Source: a virus
Reading direction: 5' to 3' (one strand)
Length of the DNA: 64,000 nt
Virus record (IMG/VR): IMGVR_UViG_3300022902_000007
The notes under the pieces were generated by a model. It was not told where the DNA came from, searched no databases, and saw nothing but the letters and a program-made list of their open reading frames with translations. Below, piece after piece: positions 47,777 through 55,737 of the stretch. The position numbers and the translations under genes are program-made. Numbering within the stretch: position 1 is the stretch's first letter; the number at the start of each line of letters is the position of its first letter.

Positions 47777-47973
47777 TCATGCCCACAGTTTTCATAGTCA
47801 GAGCAGACGAGGTAGGTATCTCTGACGCATCCATAGGAGAAGTAATTGTCATAGAAATCTCTCTCTGTAGTTTTCCCGCACTTGGGACATTCTCCTCTCA
47901 TTCCTAATCCGGTGAGCCTACAGCGCTTCGCTTCAGGCAGGCTCGTACACTTGCCCGTGATTCTTTCGTTCAT
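47728..47973 (-). CDS. Zn-ribbon protein
   Basis: CPKC...C..CGHEW. Confidence 0.5.
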   Translation of the reverse strand: MNERITGKCTSLPEAKRCRLTGLGMRGECPKCGKTTERDFYDNYFSYGCVRDTYLVCSDYENCGHEWSVDLEVEIILRIKK

Positions 47974-48143
47974 TCTTCCCCCCAGTCAATGAGATCGGCA
48001 AGGGATTCAACAGTAATCCCCTGAGACTCCATCCAGTCAGCTTTGTCCAATAACTGTTGAGCTATTCTTCTGACTTCTGGTGTTAGCTTATCCATGTCAA
48101 TATCAAGATCATCATAGATGACAGTTTCGTCTAAAGGTCCCAT
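47970..48143 (-). CDS. Small hypothetical protein (57 aa, not in the ORF track)
   Basis: Hand translation MGPLDETVIYDD...; fills the gap, ATGA coupling. Confidence 0.4.
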   Translation of the reverse strand: MGPLDETVIYDDLDIDMDKLTPEVRRIAQQLLDKADWMESQGITVESLADLIDWGEE

Positions 48144-49357
48144 TCTTCCCTCAGGTGTAGGCCGACTGGAAAGCGTGGCACGCCATCGTCGGTGTATTCA
48201 AAGAACTTTACGGTAAGCAGTTTGCCAACATACTTGTCTCTCTTCTTCCACATCCTGCGTCGTAGCCCATATGGCAGAGCAGGGCGTACATCGAAAGTTT
48301 GTTCGTCATTGATCTTGCATTTGAACATGATGGCTTTGTCTTCTCTGCCTTTCCCGTCAAGTGTGTCGATGATTTCGAACTCGGCGTCCTGGAATCGTTT
48401 GATCTTCTGCAGGTCGTAAGAACGATGACCGAAGACATAGGGTCCATCTGAGTTGCGGATGATAGCGCCCTCGTATCCTTGCTCAATGAAAACAGATTCA
48501 ATGGCGTCAAGACGCTTGTGGTTTTCTATGTGGATGGTTCTTACTGGAAGAATAGCGGGTGTTGGGTTTGCTGGATCCTTGAAATGAAGCTTGGAGTTCC
48601 ATGCCACGAATCTTTCTCCGAAACCAAGTTCAAGACAGGGTCTGTCGTAGATGTGATATTCAAGCAGAGTCGTATCTTCTCTTTCCTTCTTTACAGCGGC
48701 AGTGATGCGCTGGAAGGACCAGCCGTGTACATAGAGCTCACCATCTACACACTCGCCTTCATCCAGCAGGTCTCTTAGCTGTTCATGAATATGAGTGGGT
48801 ACTGTTAGTAGTTTTCCGGCACGGCTCCAAAGCTCCCCCTTCCAATTGCCTAAAGCCCTAATACCATCAAGCTTGGGCTGTACGTAAGCCGGGTAGGAGA
48901 TCTTCTTCACATGCTTTGAGTAAGATTGAGCGAGCATGGGCAGGAAGTATCCTTCATGATCTTCCGGAATATCCTCTATGCTTTCTCTATAGTTCTTGTC
49001 TTTCTTCTTGTTCCAGGCAGAGCCAGCATCTCTCACGGCTTGTTCGAATGGTGTAGTCTCATTGGACTTGCCAATGTTCTTGCCAGTAGTTACATGCTTG
49101 ATATCTGTCTGTTTTTTGCCGTCGATATACCCGTGCACAGTATAGGTCTTGGCAGTATCATCCTGTTGCAGCATGACACTGATCTTCCAGGACTTGATCT
49201 TGCCTTTCTTGGATTTGGCATAGAGAGTCGGCGGCATAAATGAGCTACCTACTGCCTCAATTACCTTGCTGAACAGCTCTGTGGCTTGGAAACTCTCCAT
49301 GATCTCATCTATAGAGTAGGTAGGCTCTTGTTTTATTTCAATGCCTGCGATATTCAT
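48131..49357 (-). CDS. ATP-dependent DNA ligase
   Basis: 'PMLA', 'QPKLDGIR', 'VDGELY', 'YEGAIIR', 'KIK', 'PRFP'. Confidence 0.92.
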   Translation of the reverse strand: MNIAGIEIKQEPTYSIDEIMESFQATELFSKVIEAVGSSFMPPTLYAKSKKGKIKSWKISVMLQQDDTAKTYTVHGYIDGKKQTDIKHVTTGKNIGKSNETTPFEQAVRDAGSAWNKKKDKNYRESIEDIPEDHEGYFLPMLAQSYSKHVKKISYPAYVQPKLDGIRALGNWKGELWSRAGKLLTVPTHIHEQLRDLLDEGECVDGELYVHGWSFQRITAAVKKEREDTTLLEYHIYDRPCLELGFGERFVAWNSKLHFKDPANPTPAILPVRTIHIENHKRLDAIESVFIEQGYEGAIIRNSDGPYVFGHRSYDLQKIKRFQDAEFEIIDTLDGKGREDKAIMFKCKINDEQTFDVRPALPYGLRRRMWKKRDKYVGKLLTVKFFEYTDDGVPRFPVGLHLREEWDL

Positions 49358-49422
49358 TCTTCACCTTTGATGTTTTTGTGGTGCATATCCCCACAGTTTC
49401 CCGCCACAGATTGGGCACTTCA

Positions 49423-49803
49423 TCAGTATCTCCAATTGCTGTCTTTTTGCAGCGCTTGTTTAGCAAGCAGTGTCCGACAATAAGCTTCGAGTTCCCAGAT
49501 ACCTTTCAGTGTAGCCGGATCTATGAATCTGCCCACTTCTTTTTCGAGTTCTCTACACTGCTCTCTTAGTCTTTCTAATTGGTTTAGATATTGCTGACGA
49601 CTTTTTTCTTTCTCGGCAGCCGTTGGCACGGGGGCCATATAGGATGCACCACCCATTGTTATCTCCTTATAGCGCTTTCTACATGAAACCACCCTGCTCC
49701 TTTGTCTGGGCAAGGTGAGATGAGCTCTATCACTGTTGGTGTTTCTGTTATCGCATGAGCAAATAGTTTGAAGTATCTTACATCCATTGCGTGTAGCCCA
49801 CAC
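49423..49803 (-). CDS. Hypothetical protein (likely start MGGASY near 49656)
   Basis: GGAG before the internal Met. Confidence 0.4.
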   Translation of the reverse strand: MWATRNGCKILQTICSCDNRNTNSDRAHLTLPRQRSRVVSCRKRYKEITMGGASYMAPVPTAAEKEKSRQQYLNQLERLREQCRELEKEVGRFIDPATLKGIWELEAYCRTLLAKQALQKDSNWRY

Positions 49804-49928
49804 TTACAATGGATAATAGTATAATCCGCATTACTGTGGTTTCCACCGCAATGATGGACCGTATGGGATCCATCTTGATTGTGATGTATATGATGGATGC
49901 AGGGAAGGATGCGCTCTTCAGACATCAC
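49659..49928 (-). CDS. His/Cys-rich small protein
   Basis: Many His and Cys residues. Confidence 0.4.
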   Translation of the reverse strand: MMSEERILPCIHHIHHNQDGSHTVHHCGGNHSNADYTIIHCKCGLHAMDVRYFKLFAHAITETPTVIELISPCPDKGAGWFHVESAIRR

Positions 49929-50182
49929 AACGCCAACATGCCTTTAAGCTCTACAAATCTTTGTATTTTCTGTGGTACTACTTGATAGTCTTCCGAAGGC
50001 TCAGAGTTCCAGTACCACGCAAGCTCTTCTTTGAGTCGATTATATTCTTTTAGAAGCTTCTCTCTGCGCTCTCGTCCTATTCGTCTCATGTATTCTTTAT
50101 ATTTTTGATTTTCTTCTTCCTGCCAGGCATCTATTTGTTTTTGGTAGGTTGCATTTTGCTTTTTGGTTTTATTACCACCCAT
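49925..50182 (-). CDS. Hypothetical protein
   Basis: ORF in operon context. Confidence 0.45.
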   Translation of the reverse strand: MGGNKTKKQNATYQKQIDAWQEEENQKYKEYMRRIGRERREKLLKEYNRLKEELAWYWNSEPSEDYQVVPQKIQRFVELKGMLAL

Positions 50183-50191
50183 TATTGTCTC

Positions 50192-50950
50192 TCATGTTTC
50201 TATTAAGGGGGCATAGTCCTCCTCTTTGAGAGAGAAGGTCCAGGCGACTGCTTCTTTTACTGTTTTCATGCCTGGAGGAACTTGAATCCAGTGATGACTA
50301 TGGTCTGTTGAGTCTTCTACACAGATAGCGTAGACATGTTGATTGGCTCCTTCCAAATGTGGAAATCTGCAAAGAGTTCCATATTTGGAATCCTGAATGA
50401 CTTCCCCAAGGATAGGCTCCGTCCTTTTGATAGGAGTCAAAAGTGCTTCTGTTGCCGTGTTGTGTAGTCGCAGACACCAAGAAATAGCAGATAACAAAGT
50501 CTTGTCGCCATGCAAAATGGTTGAGCCTGAATTACGATTCTTTATTTGGATCGCTGCCTCGTATCCCAAAAGAGAACTTCTTGTAACTATCTTAGAAGAA
50601 AAGAATTCATAGGTGTAGTCACCTATATGAGGAAGCAGAATACTTTTCTCTGTTATAACCTCATGGAAGCCAAGATTTTTCAGCAAGAACGCATTTATTT
50701 GTTGTAGTTTTGATAAATGTGAGTATGGATGAGAGCGGCCCCGCTGCTCGGGGGCTTGAGAGCAAAGGAATAGGATTCTTTTTGTAGAATCTGTGAAGAT
50801 AGCTGGTGGAGAATGGTATCTGTATTTTGGAAGCACTTCCGTAGTACAAGCAATCCATTCCCATAGGCTTTCTGGGAGATCTTTGTGGATGTCGAATAGA
50901 AGATTCAATAATGGAGTCCCGAGAATTCCTGTTTTAGTCGGCCACAGCAC
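50192..50950 (-). CDS. DUF6745-like phage protein
   Basis: C-terminal 'VEDST...WIQVPPGMKTVKEAVAWTF.L..EDYAPLIET'. Confidence 0.6.
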   Translation of the reverse strand: MLWPTKTGILGTPLLNLLFDIHKDLPESLWEWIACTTEVLPKYRYHSPPAIFTDSTKRILFLCSQAPEQRGRSHPYSHLSKLQQINAFLLKNLGFHEVITEKSILLPHIGDYTYEFFSSKIVTRSSLLGYEAAIQIKNRNSGSTILHGDKTLLSAISWCLRLHNTATEALLTPIKRTEPILGEVIQDSKYGTLCRFPHLEGANQHVYAICVEDSTDHSHHWIQVPPGMKTVKEAVAWTFSLKEEDYAPLIET

Positions 50951-51239
50951 TTGGCGCCTCCAACGGTGAATTATATTCTCTCTGAATGATTACCTGATAT
51001 AGCCCAGCGGGGATTTCTATTGGGGCGTGTACGTTATGAATTAGCTCTGCTTTAGATTCTGGAAAGACTTCTACAAATCTGTCTTCTTTTTCTTTATATT
51101 CGATGATCATTGGGCTATGTAGAGTATGGACGTGTCCAGAGGCTTCTCCTTTTGCTATGAGAAGTTTGCCACTGTGGCTTTTGCCTTTTTCTTTTGTTAT
51201 TTCCACTGGTATAAGTAAGATATCGCCTTGTCTATACAT
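50934..51239 (-). CDS. Phage 'RQGD' protein (typical partner of DUF6745-like genes)
   Basis: 'MYRQGDILL', 'GEASGHVH', 'H..H.PIEIPAGLYQVIIQREY'. Confidence 0.65.
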   Translation of the reverse strand: MYRQGDILLIPVEITKEKGKSHSGKLLIAKGEASGHVHTLHSPMIIEYKEKEDRFVEVFPESKAELIHNVHAPIEIPAGLYQVIIQREYNSPLEAPSAVAD

Positions 51240-51241
51240 AT

Positions 51242-51799
51242 TTACCTCGTCAAGTGCTTGGCTTCAACGTGTAGGCTGATGCCGATCTGTTCTACGATGC
51301 TCTTCACTTCGAGCAGGGTTTCCACGCGCTTTCTCCAGAACCCTTTGATGATCTTGGCAGCGATGTGCGTAGAGACTGTCTCTGCCATGTAGGAGTCTGC
51401 TATCTGTTCAATCAGGGATGCAGCAGGTCTCTTGGCTCCTCGACCTGTGTTTCCTCTTGTTTCGTAATCCTTTACGATGGCTGCAATGATATCGTTCTTG
51501 GTTAGCTTCCCACCGCCGCTGACTGTCTCCTCCATCGCAACCGTAGCAGAGTAGTACTTATTAGCTCTCTGTAGCTTGTTGGCAATCTCTGACAGCTTGC
51601 GTCGGAAGCCATATTCGTCGAGATCATCTGGGATCTCTACTTCCATTTCGTTTGCCCACTCAAACAGTGTCTGGCCATAGAACACCAGTTTCTCTTGAAT
51701 GAAATTCGAAGAGAGTCCCGAATACAATTCAGCCCCTTCTTCTACTCGCCTCAGAAGCTCTTCTGTTGAGACTTCTGGAATCTGTTGTTCTTCTGGCAT
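51242..51799 (-). CDS. Hypothetical helical protein
   Basis: GAGG RBS; 185 aa. Confidence 0.55.
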   Translation of the reverse strand: MPEEQQIPEVSTEELLRRVEEGAELYSGLSSNFIQEKLVFYGQTLFEWANEMEVEIPDDLDEYGFRRKLSEIANKLQRANKYYSATVAMEETVSGGGKLTKNDIIAAIVKDYETRGNTGRGAKRPAASLIEQIADSYMAETVSTHIAAKIIKGFWRKRVETLLEVKSIVEQIGISLHVEAKHLTR

Positions 51800-51819
51800 T
51801 TTCTTCCTCTTGAACGAGA

Positions 51820-51847
51820 TAGGCCCCGCTCTTATGAGCGGGGCCTA
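51820..51847. terminator. Strong hairpin downstream of the second spoVG
   Basis: TAGGCCCCGCTC-TTAT-GAGCGGGGCCTA, perfect 12-bp stem; weak U-tract. Confidence 0.55.
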
Positions 51848-51869
51848 CATGATTGTCTTTTTGTCTTGT

Positions 51870-52244
51870 CTACCAGGGGATCTTGTTACGTGGACGTTGA
51901 GTCTGAGCATTCGCGGCATCAGCCTGAGTGGTCTGTGTAGATCCACCGCCCTTTGCACGATAAGCAGCCAGTACTGCGTCTTCAATCTCTCTCTTGAGCT
52001 TCTCAGCCCCTTCCTTGTTGGGAGAGTCGTCGAAAGTCAGGAACTTGACCTGGTCGTACCAAGCTTTGTTTCCATCACGATCTTTGCCTTCGCGAGAAGG
52101 CGAGGCCATGAATAGACCCTTGGCCCCATCAAAAATCTTGAAGCCATCAAGAACGACTACGTCCTCGATTGTAATTGAAGCAAAAGCCACGAGCTTGCTG
52201 GTTGGGTTCTGGAGCTTGAATACGTTTACACTAAAGTTGAACAT
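51870..52244 (-). CDS. spoVG: SpoVG-family protein with flexible C-terminal tail
   Basis: 'LVAFASITIED..VLDGFKIFDGAKGLFMASPSR...WYDQV...IEDAVLAAY'. Confidence 0.85.
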   Translation of the reverse strand: MFNFSVNVFKLQNPTSKLVAFASITIEDVVVLDGFKIFDGAKGLFMASPSREGKDRDGNKAWYDQVKFLTFDDSPNKEGAEKLKREIEDAVLAAYRAKGGGSTQTTQADAANAQTQRPRNKIPW

Positions 52245-52432
52245 TCGGTTTCCTTTTGTTCTATTTGTAGATGTTCTTTACCATCAATCATTTTTGTTTT
52301 AATTCGGCTTCCGCCTTCGAGTATCACTATCAGCATCGCTTGAGCCAATAGTTCTATTGCCATGTCGGCTACTTGCTTAGCTATCAATCTCGCTGCTGGA
52401 CTCATCGCCAGCGTCAGGAGAAACTTCTTCAT
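52226..52432 (-). CDS. Hypothetical protein
   Basis: ORF in operon context. Confidence 0.4.
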   Translation of the reverse strand: MKKFLLTLAMSPAARLIAKQVADMAIELLAQAMLIVILEGGSRIKTKMIDGKEHLQIEQKETECSTLV

Positions 52433-52682
52433 CTATACTGACCTCGTTCTTCTCTCTAAAGACTCTGTAATAGTATCCGTACTGCATTGACAGGGCTATC
52501 AGACTTTCCAACGAGATTCTACCCAGATGCTGGCCTCTTTGTAATTTATTGGCTATTTCCATTGCCAGTATGGGTATGTCTTTCTTTTGTTTTTTGAAAA
52601 TTCTACCTGATAGATGTTCTATCAATTGTTCAGAGGAGAGTCTCAATACCGACTCGCCGTTTTTGCTAACGACAAAGTCCAT
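52377..52682 (-). CDS. Hypothetical protein
   Basis: ORF in operon context. Confidence 0.5.
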   Translation of the reverse strand: MDFVVSKNGESVLRLSSEQLIEHLSGRIFKKQKKDIPILAMEIANKLQRGQHLGRISLESLIALSMQYGYYYRVFREKNEVSIDEEVSPDAGDESSSEIDS

Positions 52683-52684
52683 TG

Positions 52685-53152
52685 TTACAGCCAGCCAATG
52701 AAGGTTGGAGCTGCTGCGATCAGAAGTCTGATCAGTACCTCGTACTCCCCTTCTGACATGGGAACGGTTACGGATACGTCAGTATGTGTGTTTCTCAGAG
52801 TGAGCATGAAGCCACTCTTCTGGCCAGGCTTGACGGATAGTTTCTTCTTGTCAGGACGACCTGGAGTATCATGAAATAGTTCTACTCCATTGTAAGGGTC
52901 GGCCATCCATAGATTGAGGTCCGTCATGCCAATATTTATGTTGACTTTGTTTTTCCAGTCATAGCTTCGCTTCCCGAGGGAAGCAGCCATCTCCAGAAGA
53001 ACGCCGCCAGGCATGTCTATACGCTCGGCTTTGGTACCGTCATTGCGAGTGAATTCTCTATACTTCGGCAGGATTAGATTGAACTGGGCTGCGCCCATGC
53101 CTTTGTAAATAGCGAATTGTCCTGGAAGTCGTTCTACATATTCTGCATTCAT
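52685..53152 (-). CDS. Whirly-like ssDNA-binding protein
   Basis: Colinear plant-Whirly motifs: 'AIYKGMGAA', 'GVLLEMA...RSYDW..K', 'LFHD', 'K.LSVKP', 'VP....EY.VL', terminal 'P.FIGW'. Confidence 0.75.
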   Translation of the reverse strand: MNAEYVERLPGQFAIYKGMGAAQFNLILPKYREFTRNDGTKAERIDMPGGVLLEMAASLGKRSYDWKNKVNINIGMTDLNLWMADPYNGVELFHDTPGRPDKKKLSVKPGQKSGFMLTLRNTHTDVSVTVPMSEGEYEVLIRLLIAAAPTFIGWL

Positions 53153-53409
53153 TCAGTAATTACCTCTTGGTCGAGCCAGGAAAGCAAGACGAGCCCTTGG
53201 CGGGCAAGAGAATTGTGCAGTGTGTCGCCATTTTTCTTTATGTCTTGCATTACTATTTCAACTACGTTTCGTGTTGTTACTTCTCTTGAATCCATTCCCG
53301 CAAAACCAAGTTGCAGGAATACATTTCCGAGAACCTCTATCGCTTCTTCTATAGAAGCTCCTTGTAGTACTTGCTGGACTTGGTCCAGCCTATCTTTGCC
53401 AGTCTTCAT
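53149..53409 (-). CDS. Hypothetical protein
   Basis: ATGA coupling on both sides. Confidence 0.5.
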   Translation of the reverse strand: MKTGKDRLDQVQQVLQGASIEEAIEVLGNVFLQLGFAGMDSREVTTRNVVEIVMQDIKKNGDTLHNSLARQGLVLLSWLDQEVITE

Positions 53410-53789
53410 GTTGCTGTTCTATTTTCTTTTGTGAGTTTTCTAAGTATTTCTTTCAAGGCTTGCTGTCCATGAGCCTTGTAGTGCCATGGTACCATGATGG
53501 GCTCGTACAAAGCAATCAAACTGTCTGATAATTCATAGTTGTCTCTGTCTCGAAATCTGCTTTGTACTGTCTTTATCGGCTCATGCAGTTGGACCACGAT
53601 AGATCCTCGGAGATCGATTCCGCAAGCTGATTCAATAAAGACCGGAGAAGGATGAGCCTTTGCATCCTCTTGAAATCTGATTTCTCTTCGAGCTCCTTTG
53701 TATTCGGCCAGATCAAGTTTTGGGACATCAAAAGCTTTGATGACGGTGCTCTTGCCTGAGCCTGGCAGTCCCGTTATTTGTATCTTCAT
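53406..53789 (-). CDS. Small P-loop kinase-like protein
   Basis: 'ITGLPGSGKST'. Confidence 0.65.
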   Translation of the reverse strand: MKIQITGLPGSGKSTVIKAFDVPKLDLAEYKGARREIRFQEDAKAHPSPVFIESACGIDLRGSIVVQLHEPIKTVQSRFRDRDNYELSDSLIALYEPIMVPWHYKAHGQQALKEILRKLTKENRTAT

Positions 53790-53800
53790 TATTTATTTAT

Positions 53801-53840
53801 AAAAAGACGAGGTGTGGCCAAAGGCCACACCTCTCTTTTT
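53801..53840. terminator. Bidirectional intrinsic terminator closing the Ubl operon
   Basis: AAAAAGA..GAGGTGTGGCC-AAA-GGCCACACCTC..TCTTTTT. Confidence 0.8.
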
Positions 53841-53851
53841 GTCCCGCTGTT

Positions 53852-54085
53852 TTAATTGCCCTTGTTGCTCTTGGTCGCAAACACTTCGAGGGTCTGGGGA
53901 CCCAGGACGTAGGTGCTCCAACGATCACGAGTAATCATTTCGTTGTCAACGCAGAGCTCACGAGCTGAAAGGTCGTACTTGGTTGCGAACTGTGCGAGAG
54001 TGGAGCCGTTCTCGATTTGGACAGCATTCATGCCGCCAGCGAGACCGGAGCCACCGGGGACCATTACAAGGTTGAAATTTAGCAT
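53852..54085 (-). CDS. Ubiquitin-like (beta-grasp) protein ending in KGN
   Basis: 77 aa; strand-strand-helix 'GSTLAQF', 'LCVDNE', terminal strand, then Gly-Asn; directly after E1; AAGGA RBS. Confidence 0.7.
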   Translation of the reverse strand: MLNFNLVMVPGGSGLAGGMNAVQIENGSTLAQFATKYDLSARELCVDNEMITRDRWSTYVLGPQTLEVFATKSNKGN

Positions 54086-54100
54086 GCTATGTTCCTTCTG

Positions 54101-54787
54101 TTATTTGTTGAACACTTGAAGATCATCTTCAAGCATGAACGTCTTTCTCATTAGAGGTGTCCATACCTCTTGTTTCTCTTCTGCAGAGAGAATCTTACAG
54201 GCCATGTGGACAACATAACCTACGACTGGATAGACCAAGGTACTGCACATCTGCATGTTACAGGGTCCATCGTCTATTTCGTCATCATTTTTCAGAGTTG
54301 ATTCCCAGAGTTCTATCTTCTCCAGATCCATGGGATGTAGATACCAAGCCTCACCATGAGAAAACCCGAGACGTGTTTCGAATATGGCTTTCAGTCGCCA
54401 ATTGAACTTCATGGATTCCAGAATGTCTTTGCGAGCTGACATCGTGTCTACTGTGACTATCAGGATCCCTTCCAAGTCTTTCTTGTGGTTCTCAGTTGTG
54501 AAGTAGTCTTGAATAGACTCTACCTTGATACCTGGATTGAATCTCTTTAGTACCTCGGTGAGAGCGGCAACCTTTGGTTGCCCTACATGTTCTGAGTCAT
54601 ATGTCTGGTTCGGAAGATTATGAGACTCGACAATGTCTGGGTCCCAAATCTTGAAGTGAGTGAAGCCCATCTTCGCCGCGAGCAGAGCGATGTTGGAGCC
54701 AGTAGCTCCAACACCTATAATGCTCATTGGTATGGACAAGATATCAGGGTTGACGAAGCCACTGTGTCTTAGAAAGCTAACCGCCAT
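54101..54787 (-). CDS. E1/ThiF-family adenylating enzyme
   Basis: 'IIGVGATGS', 'WDPDIVESHNLPNQ', 'GQPKV', 'VDTMSAR', 'ETRLG', distal 'GPCNMQMC'. Confidence 0.9.
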   Translation of the reverse strand: MAVSFLRHSGFVNPDILSIPMSIIGVGATGSNIALLAAKMGFTHFKIWDPDIVESHNLPNQTYDSEHVGQPKVAALTEVLKRFNPGIKVESIQDYFTTENHKKDLEGILIVTVDTMSARKDILESMKFNWRLKAIFETRLGFSHGEAWYLHPMDLEKIELWESTLKNDDEIDDGPCNMQMCSTLVYPVVGYVVHMACKILSAEEKQEVWTPLMRKTFMLEDDLQVFNK

Positions 54788-55727
54788 TGCACCATGCCCT
54801 TACGATCTGCAGCTTTTCGTCATCTTCGGCATGCAATAGCTTCCTGGCTGTAAAATAGGCTTCCTTGAACTCTTCAACAGAGTACACAGAGCTACTGACA
54901 ACGTCAATGAATGCTTCTGATGCTTTTCTTGGCGATGAACCAAGAGTCAGTCCTGCCAAGATCTCCTGTTCACTTGCATAATCTAAAAGGTAAGGCATTA
55001 GTTTTATCACTGGAACAGGGATATGCCATATCATTTTCTTTGCGATTACTGCTGCTTCTTCGTGATTGGCTTCTGCGACACCCCTGATTAGCTCTTGAAG
55101 TTTGGGTGGAATACTGTCGTTGACGTTTTTCGGAAGTGAAAGCGAAGAAGGCTGCTGCCTCTTTTTGATTTTCTTGTCCAGAATCTCTTTTATGTAGCCA
55201 AGATCTGCTCCATAGGCCTTGATGTCCATGTTTTCAAAGGTCATGCCGAGATCAGGATCATATACTCTTGAGTAGTAGGATCCACTCTTGGTAAAGATCA
55301 GCATGATGACTGGAGGCTTCTGAGGACTTGGCTCGAATGCTTCCATCATGTCTTGAAAGGTTTTGTTGTCCTGGCCAGAGGGTTTTGGAGTCCCCAGGTT
55401 TGCATGACTATGACACCAACATGAGATAGTCTGGATGATTTCACTTGCTCCTTCTGTCCCATGCTCTTCCCTCAGTTCATTGAAAAATCCTACTTGCTGG
55501 AAGCCTGTGGTCTCGACTTCTGCTCCAGAACAATATTGCTCGGGAACAAAAAGATCTTCGATTATATAGCCCCACACCTTATCTGTTTTTATAGTCTTTG
55601 GCCTATAGAACCATTGGACTTCATCAGGTGCGAGTCTGACGATCTCCTTGATCTCCAGTAACGTCGACTCTTTTATGTAGAGTTTTGGCTGCAAGCCAAG
55701 TGGCTTGAGTGTTCCTGTGTTTTTCAT
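54777..55727 (-). CDS. JAB/MPN+ metallo-isopeptidase
   Basis: 'DEVQW' Glu, 'FVPEQ', 'WCHSHANLGTPKPSGQD' (HxH..SxxD). Confidence 0.8.
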   Translation of the reverse strand: MKNTGTLKPLGLQPKLYIKESTLLEIKEIVRLAPDEVQWFYRPKTIKTDKVWGYIIEDLFVPEQYCSGAEVETTGFQQVGFFNELREEHGTEGASEIIQTISCWCHSHANLGTPKPSGQDNKTFQDMMEAFEPSPQKPPVIMLIFTKSGSYYSRVYDPDLGMTFENMDIKAYGADLGYIKEILDKKIKKRQQPSSLSLPKNVNDSIPPKLQELIRGVAEANHEEAAVIAKKMIWHIPVPVIKLMPYLLDYASEQEILAGLTLGSSPRKASEAFIDVVSSSVYSVEEFKEAYFTARKLLHAEDDEKLQIVRAWCNGG

Positions 55728-55737
55728 TTAGTCTCCA

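Noticed and set aside
54101-54787. ThiF/MoeB of thiamine or molybdopterin biosynthesis
   Set aside because: No pathway genes nearby, no paired CxxC motifs, and the neighbours are JAB and E2-like genes.
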